Positions 28,351 to 38,568 are shown, numbered from the stretch's first letter. The stretch: DNA of 64,000 bases from an uncultured Gammaproteobacteria bacterium (GCA_964599565.1 CAZRFE010000006.1:1117-65116); one strand, 5' to 3'. Notes: generated by a model not told the origin, from the sequence alone. Translations and numbers: made by a program.

Positions 28351-29991
28351 GTGATCGGTCCCCGCCAGCTGCTGCGGCTGATGCACATCAACTGGGTGCT
28401 CGCGCGCCGCGGTCTTGATGAAGTCATCTTCGCCACGCACCTGTTCCGCCCGGTGCGCTATCTCATCTGGTTCGCGCCGTGGACATGGTTCCGCAACCGC
28501 GACGTGCCGCGTGGCGTGCGCATCCGTCTTGCGCTCGAGGATCTCGGCCCGATCTTCATCAAGTTCGGCCAGATGCTCTCCACGCGCCGCGATCTCGTGC
28601 CGCACGACATCGCGGACGAGCTTGCACTGCTGCAGGATCGCGTGCCGCCATTCGACGGTACGAATGCCGTGCGCATCGTCGAGAAGGCGCTCGGCCAGCC
28701 GGTCGGCGAACTCTTCCGGCATTTCGATGCGACGCCGCTTGCATCCGCGTCCATCGCGCAGGTGCACGCCGCGGAATTCTTCGACGGTCGCGAGGTCGTG
28801 GTGAAGGTGCTGCGGCCGGACATCGAGCGGATCATCCGCCGCGATCTCGAACTGATGTACCTCATCGCGGAACTTGCGCAGCGCTACTGGAAGGACAGCC
28901 GGCGGCTGCGTCCCGTCGATGTCGTCGAGGAATACGAGAAGACGATCGTCGACGAGCTCGATCTCATGCGCGAAGGCGCGAATGCCGCGCAGCTTCGGCG
29001 CAATTTCGCGGGTTCGACGCTGCTGTATGTGCCGGAGGTGCACTGGCCGTGCACGCGCCGCAACGTGCTGGTGATGGAACGCATCGCGGGCATTCCGGTG
29101 AGCGATATCGCAGCGCTGCGCGCGGCCGGCACCGACATGAAACTGCTCGCCGAGCGCGGCGTGGACATCTTCTTCACGCAGGTGTTCCAGCACAATTTCT
29201 TTCACGCCGACATGCATCCCGGGAACATCTTCGTCGACGTGACGGACCCGCAGCTTCCAAAATACATCGCCGTGGACCTCGGCATCGTCGGCACGCTCGA
29301 TCCGCGCGACAAGCGTTACCTTGCGGAAAATTTCGTTGCGTTCTTCAACCGCGACTACCAGCGCGTCGCGGAACTGCATGTGGAATCGGGCTGGGTGCCG
29401 AAAGGCACGCGCGTCAACGAGTTCGAAGCCGCGATCCGCACGGTGTGCGAACCGATCTTCCAGCGCCCGCTGAAGGACATCTCCTTCGGCCAGCTGCTGG
29501 TGCGCCTCTTCCAGACCGCGCGACGGTTCAACATGGAAGTGCAGCCGCAGCTCGTGCTGCTGCAGAAGACACTGCTGAACATCGAAGGTCTCGGCCGCGA
29601 TCTTTATCCCGAGCTTGATCTGTGGAAGACGGCGAAGCCGCATCTCGAAGGCTGGATGCGCGAACAGCTCGGACCGCGGCATTACTTCGCGGTGCTGAAG
29701 AAGGAATTCCCGGAGATCGCGGAAGCGCTGCGCGAACTGCCGCTGCTGCTGCACGAAACGCTGCTGCAGGCCGCGCGCGGCGATCTCGAGATACGCCGCA
29801 ACGCGGAAGGTTCGAATCTTCGCCGTGAAATGGCGTACACGCGCCGTGCCGCGGTGTTCCTGTCGACGGGCGCTGTGCTTGCCGTCAGCGGCGCGCTGTT
29901 CATCGGCACCGGCGTGTCGCCGTCATGGCTCGGTCCCGCGTTCATGGGCGGCGGATTCGCGGCACTGCTTGCCGCGTTCGTGCGCGACTGA
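28351..29991 (+). CDS. ubiB: Ubiquinone biosynthesis regulatory kinase-like protein UbiB
   Basis: 546 aa from GTG 28351 (SD GAGGGA 6 nt upstream, in frame with the track ORF 28009..29991). [37 protein letters not shown], with two C-terminal TM helices. The longer track ORF would overlap ubiJ by 330 nt. Confidence 0.9.
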   Translation: MIGPRQLLRLMHINWVLARRGLDEVIFATHLFRPVRYLIWFAPWTWFRNRDVPRGVRIRLALEDLGPIFIKFGQMLSTRRDLVPHDIADELALLQDRVPPFDGTNAVRIVEKALGQPVGELFRHFDATPLASASIAQVHAAEFFDGREVVVKVLRPDIERIIRRDLELMYLIAELAQRYWKDSRRLRPVDVVEEYEKTIVDELDLMREGANAAQLRRNFAGSTLLYVPEVHWPCTRRNVLVMERIAGIPVSDIAALRAAGTDMKLLAERGVDIFFTQVFQHNFFHADMHPGNIFVDVTDPQLPKYIAVDLGIVGTLDPRDKRYLAENFVAFFNRDYQRVAELHVESGWVPKGTRVNEFEAAIRTVCEPIFQRPLKDISFGQLLVRLFQTARRFNMEVQPQLVLLQKTLLNIEGLGRDLYPELDLWKTAKPHLEGWMREQLGPRHYFAVLKKEFPEIAEALRELPLLLHETLLQAARGDLEIRRNAEGSNLRREMAYTRRAAVFLSTGAVLAVSGALFIGTGVSPSWLGPAFMGGGFAALLAAFVRD

Positions 29992-31050
29992 TCAGGCAGA
30001 CGCCGGCGCTGTCGCGTCAGGCGCGCGCTTGCCTTTCTTGTCCGCGTACATCGCCGCATCCGCAGCGCCGATCAGTTCTTCCACTTCCATGCCGTGATGC
30101 GGGAAATCCGCAACACCGATGCTCACGTCAAGCTGGATTCTCTGCCTTCCTTCCATCAGCTGCGCGCCGCGCAGCCGCTTCCGGATGCGCGCGATGACTT
30201 CCGTCGCGCGCTGGTGACTGGTTTCCGCAAGCATCATGATGAATTCATCGCCGCCGAAACGTGCAACGGCATCGGTGGCGCGGACGTTCTCGCGCAGGAT
30301 GCCGGCCACAAGGCGCAACGCGCGGTTTCCCGTTTCGTGCCCGTGCACGTCGTTCAGCCGCTTGAGATTGTCGACGTCGATCATGGCGATCGAATAGGCG
30401 CGTGCATGGCGCACGGCCTGCGCGTGTTCGCGGCGCAGGATGCTCATGAAGCCGCGCATGTTGAGAACGCCGGTCAGATCGTCCGATCCGGCGAGCGCGT
30501 GAATGCGTTCGTTCGCACGATGCACGTCGCTCGCGAGCATGGTGGTGAGATATGCAACGAGCAGGAACGGCGCAAGCTCCGCCATCAGCCGGCCGACGTA
30601 GCCGAGACTGAAGACATCGTGCCCCGCGTGGTTGCCGAGCAGGATGTAGCACGCGGCGATCAGTGCGACTTCAAGCAGCGTGATGAGGCGGTTGAGCGTG
30701 AGTGCGGATGCAATGATGACGAGCAGGTAAAGGTTCAGCAGCACGCTCTCGGTGCGCCCGGTATGCCAGACGACGATGGTGATGAACCCGATCATCACCC
30801 AGGTTTCGAGCGCGAGTTTCCAGCGTGCTTCCCGGCGGAAGAAGTTCGCATAGTGGAAGACGAGCACGAAGACGCTGTATGCGACCATCGCGAGCACGAG
30901 CGCTTCGCGTCCGGTGACGAGCGTCTCCGGCACGACGAGATACAGCAGTACGAGGATGAGTATCAGCCATTCGATTTCCGCGAGGCTGCGCGCGAAACCG
31001 CGCAGCTGGTCGCGCAATGGATCGTCGCTGTCTTCGAAATGCGCCGCCAT
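29992..31050 (-). CDS. Membrane-anchored diguanylate cyclase (GGDEF) with an I-site
   Basis: 352 aa from ATG 31050. About 5 N-terminal TM helices. Active site RFGGDEFIMML preceded by RATD exactly 5 residues upstream (RxxD I-site). Confidence 0.85.
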   Translation of the reverse strand: MAAHFEDSDDPLRDQLRGFARSLAEIEWLILILVLLYLVVPETLVTGREALVLAMVAYSVFVLVFHYANFFRREARWKLALETWVMIGFITIVVWHTGRTESVLLNLYLLVIIASALTLNRLITLLEVALIAACYILLGNHAGHDVFSLGYVGRLMAELAPFLLVAYLTTMLASDVHRANERIHALAGSDDLTGVLNMRGFMSILRREHAQAVRHARAYSIAMIDVDNLKRLNDVHGHETGNRALRLVAGILRENVRATDAVARFGGDEFIMMLAETSHQRATEVIARIRKRLRGAQLMEGRQRIQLDVSIGVADFPHHGMEVEELIGAADAAMYADKKGKRAPDATAPASA

Positions 31051-31093
31051 TCGTTCCCCCCGTTGAATGGACCGGTTGTCCTGTGTGGATCCG

Positions 31094-31657
31094 TCAGCCC
31101 GTTCGCTGCAGTCCCGCCTCGACTTTCGCGCGCCGCTCGACGCCCGCCAGCACATCGAGCAACTTTAACGCGAAATCCATGGCCGTACCGGGCCCGCGCG
31201 AGGTGATCACGCGGCCATCCTGCACCACCGCCGCCGTGGAGTAGCGCATGCCCGGCGCGGGATTGCGGTCCAGGTAGCCCGGATAGCTCGTTGCTTCCCG
31301 GCCATCGAGAAGTCCGGCGGCGGCAAGGACCGACGGCGCCGCGCAGATCGCGGTGGTGTACTTGCCCGCGTCCGCCATGCCGCGCAGCAGCGCGATGATG
31401 CGCGGGTCCGCCGCGAGACGTTCGGCGCCGCCCGCACCGCCCGGCAGCACGACCATGTCGTAATCGCGCTGAAGCGCGGTCTCGAGATCCATGTCCGGTT
31501 CGAGCTTCACGCCGCGCGATGCACGCACGATGCCGCCGGAAAGTCCGGCCACGACCACGTCGATCTCGCCGCGGCGAAGCACATCGATGATGGTGACGGC
31601 CTCGATTTCCTCGCAGCCGTCCGCAAGCGGGACAAGAACGCTGGCCGTTTCCGTCAT
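31094..31657 (-). CDS. DJ-1/PfpI family protein (YajL-like)
   Basis: 187 aa. VLVPLADGCEEIEAVTIIDVLRR and nucleophile elbow AICAAPSVL. Confidence 0.8.
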   Translation of the reverse strand: MTETASVLVPLADGCEEIEAVTIIDVLRRGEIDVVVAGLSGGIVRASRGVKLEPDMDLETALQRDYDMVVLPGGAGGAERLAADPRIIALLRGMADAGKYTTAICAAPSVLAAAGLLDGREATSYPGYLDRNPAPGMRYSTAAVVQDGRVITSRGPGTAMDFALKLLDVLAGVERRAKVEAGLQRTG

Positions 31658-31672
31658 GCGATATCTCCTTCG

Positions 31673-32434
31673 TCAGTGCAACGCGTGTTCGTCGCCGTGC
31701 GCGGCGGGAACATCGAGCAGCGCTTCGACCGGTACGAGTTCGACGCCGAATTCCTCGCGCAGCTTCGGCAGCACACGTGCAAGGAATTCCATGGTCGCGG
31801 GATACGGATGCCCGATGCCGATGGCCGCACCCTTGTCGCGCGCCTCCGTGACAAGACGGCGAAACGACGCATCGATGGCGCCGGATTCCTGCACGTTGTC
31901 CAGGAACACATCGCGGCGTGCCGCGCGTATGCCCTGCTCGCGCGCCATCGCGAGTGCGACGGAACCGGCATGCGTGTAGCTGTCGATGAAGAAGAGATCG
32001 CCACGCTCGGCCAGTCCGTTCATCAGCCAGGTCATGTGGCCGGGGTGGCGCGTGAGCAGGCTGCCCATGTGGTTGTTCACGCCGCGCACATGCGGAATGG
32101 CGGCGAGGTCGTCGTTGAGGATGCTGCGGAATTCGTGCTCCGTCGTTTCCAGCGTGATCGCACCGGGGCCGAGCGCCTTGCCGTTCTGCGACTGCAGCGG
32201 CAGATGCAGCAGCACTTCCTTGCCGCTCGCGTGCGCAAGCTCGGCGAGTTCCGCCGCGAACGGTGTGTGCGGCAGGAACGCGCACGCCACGGCACCGGGC
32301 AGCGCGACCGCCGCGTGACCTTCTTCGTACCGGTCACCGATGTCATCGATGATGATCGCGATGCGCGGCAACGGCGCCGCCGTCACGATCGCCGGCAACA
32401 GCGACAGCGCGATGAATGCCGCGACGCGCTTCAT
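31673..32434 (-). CDS. yibQ: Divergent polysaccharide deacetylase family protein (YibQ-like)
   Basis: 253 aa with a signal peptide. IAIIIDDIGDR...LLHLPLQ...NNHMGS blocks. The ATG overlaps the ctpA stop (32431-32434). Confidence 0.75.
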   Translation of the reverse strand: MKRVAAFIALSLLPAIVTAAPLPRIAIIIDDIGDRYEEGHAAVALPGAVACAFLPHTPFAAELAELAHASGKEVLLHLPLQSQNGKALGPGAITLETTEHEFRSILNDDLAAIPHVRGVNNHMGSLLTRHPGHMTWLMNGLAERGDLFFIDSYTHAGSVALAMAREQGIRAARRDVFLDNVQESGAIDASFRRLVTEARDKGAAIGIGHPYPATMEFLARVLPKLREEFGVELVPVEALLDVPAAHGDEHALH

Positions 32435-33615
32435 TGCCGTGTCCGTCCTTGCCGCGTATCCGCGGCAAGCAGGTCGACTGCGCGTCGCACGAGCGCATCC
32501 GCCGCCGGGTCATCCGGCATGACGTCATCCGCTTCGCGTGCCTCGATGTCCGGAACGATGCCGGCGTCATGGATGATGCGGCCCGACGGTGTCGTGTAGT
32601 ACGCGGTTGTGAGCTTCAGTGCGCCGCCGCCTTCGAGCGGAATCAGCGACTGCACGGCGCCCTTGCCGAACGTCGTCGTGCCGAGCAGCCGGCCGCGCTC
32701 GCGATCCTGCAGCGCGCCGGCGAGAATTTCCGCAGCGGATGCGGTGCCATGGTTGACGAGTACGACGATGGGCAGCGGCGCTGCGATATCGCCCGGGCGC
32801 GCGGCGTATTCGAAGGTCTGGCCGCGACCGCGGCCGAGCGTCGATACGATCAGCCCGTCGTCGAGAAACGCATCGGCGATTTCCACCGCGCCATCCACGA
32901 TGCCGCCTGCGTTGTTGCGCAGATCGAGGATCAGTCCCGACGCGCCGTTGCGCCGGATGTCGAGCTCGTCGAGCAGGCGCGCAAGATCGCGCGCAGAGGT
33001 GTCGCTGAACTGCGCGATGCGCACGTAGCGCACGCCATCGCGCAGCTTCTTGCCGCTCACGCTTGGAATGCTGATCAGTTCGCGCACGAGCGTGACCTCG
33101 AACGGCGTACCCGCACCGCGCTGGACGACCAGGTCCACCGCCGCGCCGATCTCGCCGTGAAGCAGTTCATCGAGCATGGCAGGATCGGCGCCATCCAGCG
33201 TCACGCCGGCGACCTGCAGCAGGAGATCGCCGGAGCGAAGCCCCGCGCGGTCGGCCGGTCCGCCGTCGATGGGTGCGACGATCTCGTAGCCGCCTTGCGC
33301 GCGCACGACCTCCACGCCGATGCCTTCGTAACGCCCCATCGCATCGATGCGCGCCTGCTCGTATTCCCCGGGATCGAGGTAGACCGAGTACGGATCGAGA
33401 CCGGCTGCCATGCCGCGGATCGCTTCGTCGATCAGCGTCGCATCGTCGACGGGCTCGGCGTACTGCCGGCGTATCGTCTCCAGCGCCTCGACGAAGCGGC
33501 GCGCGTCCTCCCACGGCAGCGCGTCTTCCGCGCCGGCTGCCGCACTCGCGGTTGCGGGCGCCGCGAGCAGGATGCACAGGGTCAGGGAGAGGATTCGGGT
33601 CATTGGCATGGACAT
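32431..33615 (-). CDS. ctpA: Carboxy-terminal processing protease (S41)
   Basis: 394 aa with a signal peptide. PDZ region and the S41 catalytic block LVNHGTASAAEILAGALQD...GTTTFGKG. Alternative starts are Met3 and Met5. Confidence 0.85.
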   Translation of the reverse strand: MSMPMTRILSLTLCILLAAPATASAAAGAEDALPWEDARRFVEALETIRRQYAEPVDDATLIDEAIRGMAAGLDPYSVYLDPGEYEQARIDAMGRYEGIGVEVVRAQGGYEIVAPIDGGPADRAGLRSGDLLLQVAGVTLDGADPAMLDELLHGEIGAAVDLVVQRGAGTPFEVTLVRELISIPSVSGKKLRDGVRYVRIAQFSDTSARDLARLLDELDIRRNGASGLILDLRNNAGGIVDGAVEIADAFLDDGLIVSTLGRGRGQTFEYAARPGDIAAPLPIVVLVNHGTASAAEILAGALQDRERGRLLGTTTFGKGAVQSLIPLEGGGALKLTTAYYTTPSGRIIHDAGIVPDIEAREADDVMPDDPAADALVRRAVDLLAADTRQGRTRQ

Positions 33616-33640
33616 TACTTATATATAAGAGTGAGCTGCA

Positions 33641-34777
33641 TCATTTCAGCCAGCGCCGCGGATCCTCGATGCGCTTGCCGTGGCGGATCTCGAAGTACAG
33701 CGCAGAGCGCTGCTGCCCGCCGGTGTCGCCGATCGCCGCGACGATCTCGCCGGCCTCGACCCAGTCGCCGACTTCCTTGTACAGCGCCTGGTTGTGGCCA
33801 TACAGGCTGAGGTAGCCGTCGCCATGCTCGAGGATCATGAGCAGGCCGTAGTGCGGCAGCCAGTCTGCGTACGCCACGCGCCCGTGCGAAACCGCGCGCA
33901 CCGGCGTGCCCGGCTCGCCTGCGATCATCATGCCGTGCCACTGCGTGCGCCCGTCAATGCGGTTGTCGCCGTACTGCGCAAGCACGCGACCGTTGCTCGG
34001 CCACGACAGCTTTCCACGCAGCGCGGCAAACGCTGTGCGGTTGGCGAGCTGCGCGGGAATGTCCGCGAACACATCGAGCAGCGACTGCACGAGTTCGCTG
34101 AGCGCCTGCTCGTCTTCCTTGAGCCGCTTCAGTTCGGTATTGCGATCACGGATGGTCGTTTCAAGACGGGCGAGCAGTGTTGCGCGTGCATCGCGCGTGC
34201 GTTCAAGCCCGGCAAGGATTCGCGTGCGTTCCGCGCGCGCTTCATCGAGCGCGGCGATCTCGCCATCGATTTCCCGTTCGAGGACTTCAAGCCGCGCAAG
34301 CTGCGTGTTGACGTGATCGATGCGCGTTGCACGCGCGCGGTTCAGGTAATCGTAGTAGGTGAGCACGCGGCCGAGCGTTGCAGGATCCTGCTGGTTGAGC
34401 AGCAGCTTGATCTTCTCCTCGCGCCCGGCCATGTACGCGGCGCGCACCTGTCCGGCGAGCGCTGTGCGTTCCGCCGCGAGCGCCGCGCGGCGCGTGCGCT
34501 GCTCGGCCTCAAGTTCCTGCAGGCGTTTCTGCTTCGCCTGCAGGGTTGCGTTCACGTCGCGAAGTGCATTCGCCGCACGTCCCAGTTCGCGCTCGGTGTC
34601 GCCGAGCTCGGTGCTCACCGCATCACGCCGGCCGATGTCGCTCGCCAGTTCGCGCTGCACGCGCGCGATCTCGGCGCGCAGCGCCTTGAGCTCTTCCTGC
34701 TTCCTTGCAGCGTCCGCATCCTGCGCGTTGGCGGGCAACGCAACGGCAAGCAGCAGGATGACGAGCGCGTGTTTCAT
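33641..34777 (-). CDS. envC: Murein hydrolase activator EnvC (coiled-coil plus LytM/M23 domain)
   Basis: 378 aa from ATG 34777 (the track start 34780 is a TTG). Signal peptide, long coiled coil and a C-terminal degenerate M23 domain (...GMMIAGEPGTPVRAVSHGRVAYADW...LYFEIRH). Confidence 0.8.
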   Translation of the reverse strand: MKHALVILLLAVALPANAQDADAARKQEELKALRAEIARVQRELASDIGRRDAVSTELGDTERELGRAANALRDVNATLQAKQKRLQELEAEQRTRRAALAAERTALAGQVRAAYMAGREEKIKLLLNQQDPATLGRVLTYYDYLNRARATRIDHVNTQLARLEVLEREIDGEIAALDEARAERTRILAGLERTRDARATLLARLETTIRDRNTELKRLKEDEQALSELVQSLLDVFADIPAQLANRTAFAALRGKLSWPSNGRVLAQYGDNRIDGRTQWHGMMIAGEPGTPVRAVSHGRVAYADWLPHYGLLMILEHGDGYLSLYGHNQALYKEVGDWVEAGEIVAAIGDTGGQQRSALYFEIRHGKRIEDPRRWLK

Positions 34778-34783
34778 CAAGGG

Positions 34784-36310
34784 TTATTGAAGTTCCACGA
34801 GCGGCCGGCCGGTCATCTCGGCGGGGATGTCGAGCCCCATCAGCGTGAGCACCGTCGGCGCGATGTCCGACAGCGCGCCGCCGGGTTTCAGTGCGGCGTT
34901 GCGGCCGACATAAAGAAGCGGCACGAGATTGGTCGTATGCGCGGTGTGCGCCTGGCCCGTGCCGTCATCGAACATCTGCTCGACGTTGCCATGATCCGCG
35001 GTCACCAGCAGTTCGCCACCGGCCTTCCTGACCGCGTCCGCCAGACGCCCGATGCACGCATCCAGCGTCTCGATCGCCTGCACGGCGGCGTCGAATTTCC
35101 CGGTATGCCCGACCATGTCCGCGTTCGCGTAGTTCACGACGATGAAATCGTAGGTTTCCGATGCGATCGCATCGATCAGCCTGTCGGTGACTTCCGGCGC
35201 GCTCATCTCGGGCTTGAGGTCGTAGGTCGCCACGCGCGGCGACGGCACAAGCACGCGGTCCTCGCCTGGATACGGCGTTTCCTCGCCACCGTTGAAGAAG
35301 AACGTGACGTGTGCGTATTTCTCGGTTTCGGCGATGCGCAGCTGGCGCAGGCCGAGCGAGGCGAGATATTCGCCGAGCACGTTTTCCGGCCGGCTCGGCG
35401 GGAACGCCACCGGCAGTCCGAAATCCTTGTGGTATTGCGTAAGACACGTGAAGCGCGAAAGCACCGGGCGATGCGTGCGCGCGAAGCCATCGAAGTCTTC
35501 CTGCGTGAATGCCTGCGTGAGTTCGCGCGCGCGGTCGGCGCGGAAGTTCATGAACACGGTACTGTCGCCATCACGCATGGGCGCGGGATCGCCGACAACC
35601 GTTGCCTTCACGAATTCGTCGTCTTCGCCGCGCGCATATGCCGCATCGAGTGCCGCGACGGCATCGGGCGAATGGAATTCGCCCGTCGCGTTCGCAATCA
35701 GTTCGTATGCCTGCGCAACGCGGTCCCAGCGCTGGTCGCGATCCATCGCGAAGTACCGTCCGACGATCGACGCGATGCGCGCATTGCCCGCTTCACGGCA
35801 CACGGCGTCCATCCGCTTGAGCGATTCGCGCGCGCTGCGTGGCGGCATGTCGCGCCCGTCCAGCAATGCATGCACGTACACGCGCGCACCGCGCGCGGCG
35901 GCGAGACGCACCATCGCGAACAGGTGTTCATCGAGGCTGTGCACGCCGCCGGGCGACAGCAGGCCGATGACATGCACGGCGCCGCGGTTCGCGATGGCCG
36001 CGTCGACAGTCGCAAGCAGTTGCGGATTCGTCGCGAACTCACCGTCGTCGATCGCCTTGCTGATGCGCGTGACGTCCTGGTAGATCACGCGGCCCGCGCC
36101 GAGATTCAGATGGCCGACTTCACTGTTGCCCATCTGCCCGCCCGGCAGACCGACCGCGATGCCGGACGTATCCACCCACGCGTTCGGGCAGGTCGCCAGC
36201 AGGCGATCCCAGTTCGGCGTGCGCGCCGCGTGGATCGCGTTATGTTCGGTGTCTTCGGTGTGTCCCCAGCCATCGAGAATGGCGAGGACGATCGGACGGG
36301 GCGGCTTCAT
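34784..36310 (-). CDS. gpmI: 2,3-bisphosphoglycerate-independent phosphoglycerate mutase
   Basis: 508 aa. [23 protein letters not shown] and ADHGN blocks. Confidence 0.95.
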   Translation of the reverse strand: MKPPRPIVLAILDGWGHTEDTEHNAIHAARTPNWDRLLATCPNAWVDTSGIAVGLPGGQMGNSEVGHLNLGAGRVIYQDVTRISKAIDDGEFATNPQLLATVDAAIANRGAVHVIGLLSPGGVHSLDEHLFAMVRLAAARGARVYVHALLDGRDMPPRSARESLKRMDAVCREAGNARIASIVGRYFAMDRDQRWDRVAQAYELIANATGEFHSPDAVAALDAAYARGEDDEFVKATVVGDPAPMRDGDSTVFMNFRADRARELTQAFTQEDFDGFARTHRPVLSRFTCLTQYHKDFGLPVAFPPSRPENVLGEYLASLGLRQLRIAETEKYAHVTFFFNGGEETPYPGEDRVLVPSPRVATYDLKPEMSAPEVTDRLIDAIASETYDFIVVNYANADMVGHTGKFDAAVQAIETLDACIGRLADAVRKAGGELLVTADHGNVEQMFDDGTGQAHTAHTTNLVPLLYVGRNAALKPGGALSDIAPTVLTLMGLDIPAEMTGRPLVELQ

Positions 36311-36362
36311 GCGCGTTGGATTCCTGTCGGGAATGATGACTGAAGCGGGATTTTACCCATCC

Positions 36363-36391
36363 CGACAAGGCTTTGCGCCCCCTGATATAAT
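36363..36391 (+). promoter_or_regulatory. Putative sigma70 promoter of the rhodanese-grxC-secB-gpsA operon
   Basis: -35-like CGACAA (36363-36368), 17-nt spacer, perfect -10 TATAAT (36386-36391), 33 nt before ATG 36425. Confidence 0.45.
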
Positions 36392-36424
36392 GCACGCCCT
36401 TTTTCAGCAACGCCGGAATTTCCC

Positions 36425-36841
36425 ATGGCCGAGTACCTGGCCTTCGCCAAGGATCACATCTTCCTGGTCACCGCGGCAGCCGCGCTGATCGTCGTCATCA
36501 TCGTCACGGAAATTCGCCGTGCGCGCCGTCCGTGGCGCAACGCCGAACCCGCCGAAGCGGTGCGGCTGATCAACGCCGGCGCACAGCTGATCGACCTGCG
36601 CGGGCATGACGCATTCCGCGCGGGCCACATCGTGAACGCGCGCCATGTGCCGGCCGCGGAACTCGAAGCAAAGCTCGACAAGCTCGACCCGGCAAAGCCC
36701 GTCGTCGTGTATTGCGACAGCGGCATCACCAGCGCGCGTTCGGCGGCGCAGCTCGTGCGCGCCGGTTTCGCGCAGGTGTGGCAGCTCAACGGCGGGCTCG
36801 CCGCATGGAAGCGCGAGAACATGCCCGTCGCGAAGGCATGA
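36425..36841 (+). CDS. Rhodanese-domain membrane-anchored protein (YibN-like)
   Basis: 138 aa with an N-terminal TM helix. Rhodanese active-site loop VVVYCDSGITS. Confidence 0.75.
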   Translation: MAEYLAFAKDHIFLVTAAAALIVVIIVTEIRRARRPWRNAEPAEAVRLINAGAQLIDLRGHDAFRAGHIVNARHVPAAELEAKLDKLDPAKPVVVYCDSGITSARSAAQLVRAGFAQVWQLNGGLAAWKRENMPVAKA

Positions 36842-36847
36842 CGGCCG

Positions 36848-37114
36848 ATGGCGAGGATCGAGATCTACACCACGGGTTATTGCGGTTACTGCCGGCGCGC
36901 GAAATCGCTGCTGGAAGGCAAGCGCGCGGAGTACGAGGAGATTCGCGTGGACGCGAACCCGGAACGCCGCAGGGAAATGACGGAACGCTCGGGACGCCGC
37001 ACGGTGCCGCAGATATTCATCAATGGTGAAGGCATCGGCGGTTGCGACGATCTCTTCCAGCTCGAACGCGAAGGCCGGCTCGATGCGATGCTGGCGCAGG
37101 GGAACGGGACATGA
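36848..37114 (+). CDS. grxC: Glutaredoxin 3
   Basis: 88 aa. IEIYTTGYCGYCRRAKSLL (CGYC active site), TVPQIFI and GGCDDL. Confidence 0.9.
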   Translation: MARIEIYTTGYCGYCRRAKSLLEGKRAEYEEIRVDANPERRREMTERSGRRTVPQIFINGEGIGGCDDLFQLEREGRLDAMLAQGNGT

Positions 37115-37560
37115 CGGAAAAGAATGAAACGGCCGCACGCGCGTTCGGCCTGCAGCGCGTCTATCTCAAGGACGCATCGTTCGAATCGCCGCTGGCGCCG
37201 GAGGTATTCCGGGGCGAATGGAAGCCGGCGCTCAACGTGAACATCGCAACCCGCGCGCGCGCACTCGAAGACGACCTGCATGAAGTCGTGCTCACCGTGA
37301 CGGTCGAGGCGAAGCAGGACGACAAGGTCGCGTTTCTCGTCGAGCTGCAGCAGGCGGGCATATTCGTCATCAGCGGGTTCAGCGCAGAAGAACGCCAGCA
37401 GATCGCCGGTATTCTCTGCCCGCAGAATCTCTTTCCCTTCGCGCGCGAAGCGATCGCGAATCTCACGCTCAAGGGCGGCTTCCCGCAGATATTGCTGCAG
37501 CCGATCAACTTCGAGCGCATCTACCAGCAGGGCAACCAGCCGCACGCCGGCGAGGCCTGA
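37111..37560 (+). CDS. secB: Protein-export chaperone SecB
   Basis: 149 aa from ATG 37111, overlapping the grxC stop (ATGA). FGLQRVYLKDASFESP and LCPQNLFPFAREAIANL. Confidence 0.9.
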   Translation: MTEKNETAARAFGLQRVYLKDASFESPLAPEVFRGEWKPALNVNIATRARALEDDLHEVVLTVTVEAKQDDKVAFLVELQQAGIFVISGFSAEERQQIAGILCPQNLFPFAREAIANLTLKGGFPQILLQPINFERIYQQGNQPHAGEA

Positions 37561-37563
37561 CCC

Positions 37564-38565
37564 ATGCCGCATACCGATTCCCGTGTCGCCGTGCTCGGCG
37601 CCGGCTCCTGGGGCACGGCGCTTGCGATCCAGCTCGCCCGCAGCGGACGCCGCGTGCTGCTGTGGGGACGTGAAGCATCCATGCAGCGCGCGATGCGCGA
37701 TGCGCGCGAGAATTCCCGTTACCTTCCCGGCTGCACGTTCCCCGCGTCGCTCGATGTCGTGGAATCGCTCGGCGATGCGCTGCGCGCGGAGGAAATTCTC
37801 GTCGTGGTGCCAAGCCATGCGATGCGCGAGCTGATCGACGCGATGCGTGCCGCGGGACGACAGCCCGCGCGCCTGGCATGGGCGACGAAAGGTCTCGAAC
37901 CGCACACCGCGAAGCTCGTGCATGAAGTTGTCGGCGAGGAACTCGGCGACATTCCGATGGCGGTGCTGTCGGGGCCGACGTTCGCGCGCGAAGTCGGCAG
38001 GGGCCTGCCGACGGCAATCACGGTTGCGGGCGATCCCGATCTCGCGGACTTCATGGCCGAAGCGCTGCACGGGCGGCAGTTCCGCGCCTATACGTCCAGC
38101 GACATGGCCGGCGTCGAAGTCGGCGGCGCCGCCAAGAACGTCATCGCGATCGGCGCCGGTCTTTCCGACGGTCTTGGCTTCGGCGCGAACGCGCGCGTTG
38201 CGCTCATCACGCGCGGCCTCGCGGAGATCATGCGGCTCGGTCGCGCGATGGGCGCGCAGACGGAAACCTTTCTCGGTCTCGCCGGCATGGGCGATCTCGT
38301 GCTTACCTGCACCGACGACCAGTCGCGCAACCGCCGCATGGGACTCGCGCTTGCCGCGGGCAAATCGCAGGACGAAGCGCGGCGCGAGATCGACCAGGTG
38401 GTGGAAGGCGTGTCCGCGGCGCGCGAAGTGCGCCGGCTTGCCGAACGCCACGGCGTGGAAATGCCGATCACGGAAAGCATCTACCAGGTGCTGTTCGACG
38501 GCATGCACCCGCGCGACGTGGTGACGGCGCTGTTCGAACGCGAGCGCAAGGCCGAGACAACCTGA
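37564..38565 (+). CDS. gpsA: NAD(P)H-dependent glycerol-3-phosphate dehydrogenase
   Basis: 333 aa. VAVLGAGSWGTALA and GGAAKNVIAIGAG...DQSRNRRMG blocks. Confidence 0.95.
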   Translation: MPHTDSRVAVLGAGSWGTALAIQLARSGRRVLLWGREASMQRAMRDARENSRYLPGCTFPASLDVVESLGDALRAEEILVVVPSHAMRELIDAMRAAGRQPARLAWATKGLEPHTAKLVHEVVGEELGDIPMAVLSGPTFAREVGRGLPTAITVAGDPDLADFMAEALHGRQFRAYTSSDMAGVEVGGAAKNVIAIGAGLSDGLGFGANARVALITRGLAEIMRLGRAMGAQTETFLGLAGMGDLVLTCTDDQSRNRRMGLALAAGKSQDEARREIDQVVEGVSAAREVRRLAERHGVEMPITESIYQVLFDGMHPRDVVTALFERERKAETT

Positions 38566-38568
38566 GCG

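Noticed and set aside
26826-28436. 536-aa minus-strand ORF
   Set aside because: Antisense to ubiE and ubiJ; shadow ORF.
33680-36343. 887-aa plus-strand ORF (the longest non-annotated ORF)
   Set aside because: Antisense to envC and gpmI, both of which are unambiguous on the minus strand. The translation has no motifs and extreme Arg/His/Ala content.
36886-38508. 540-aa minus-strand ORF
   Set aside because: Antisense to grxC, secB and gpsA; shadow ORF.
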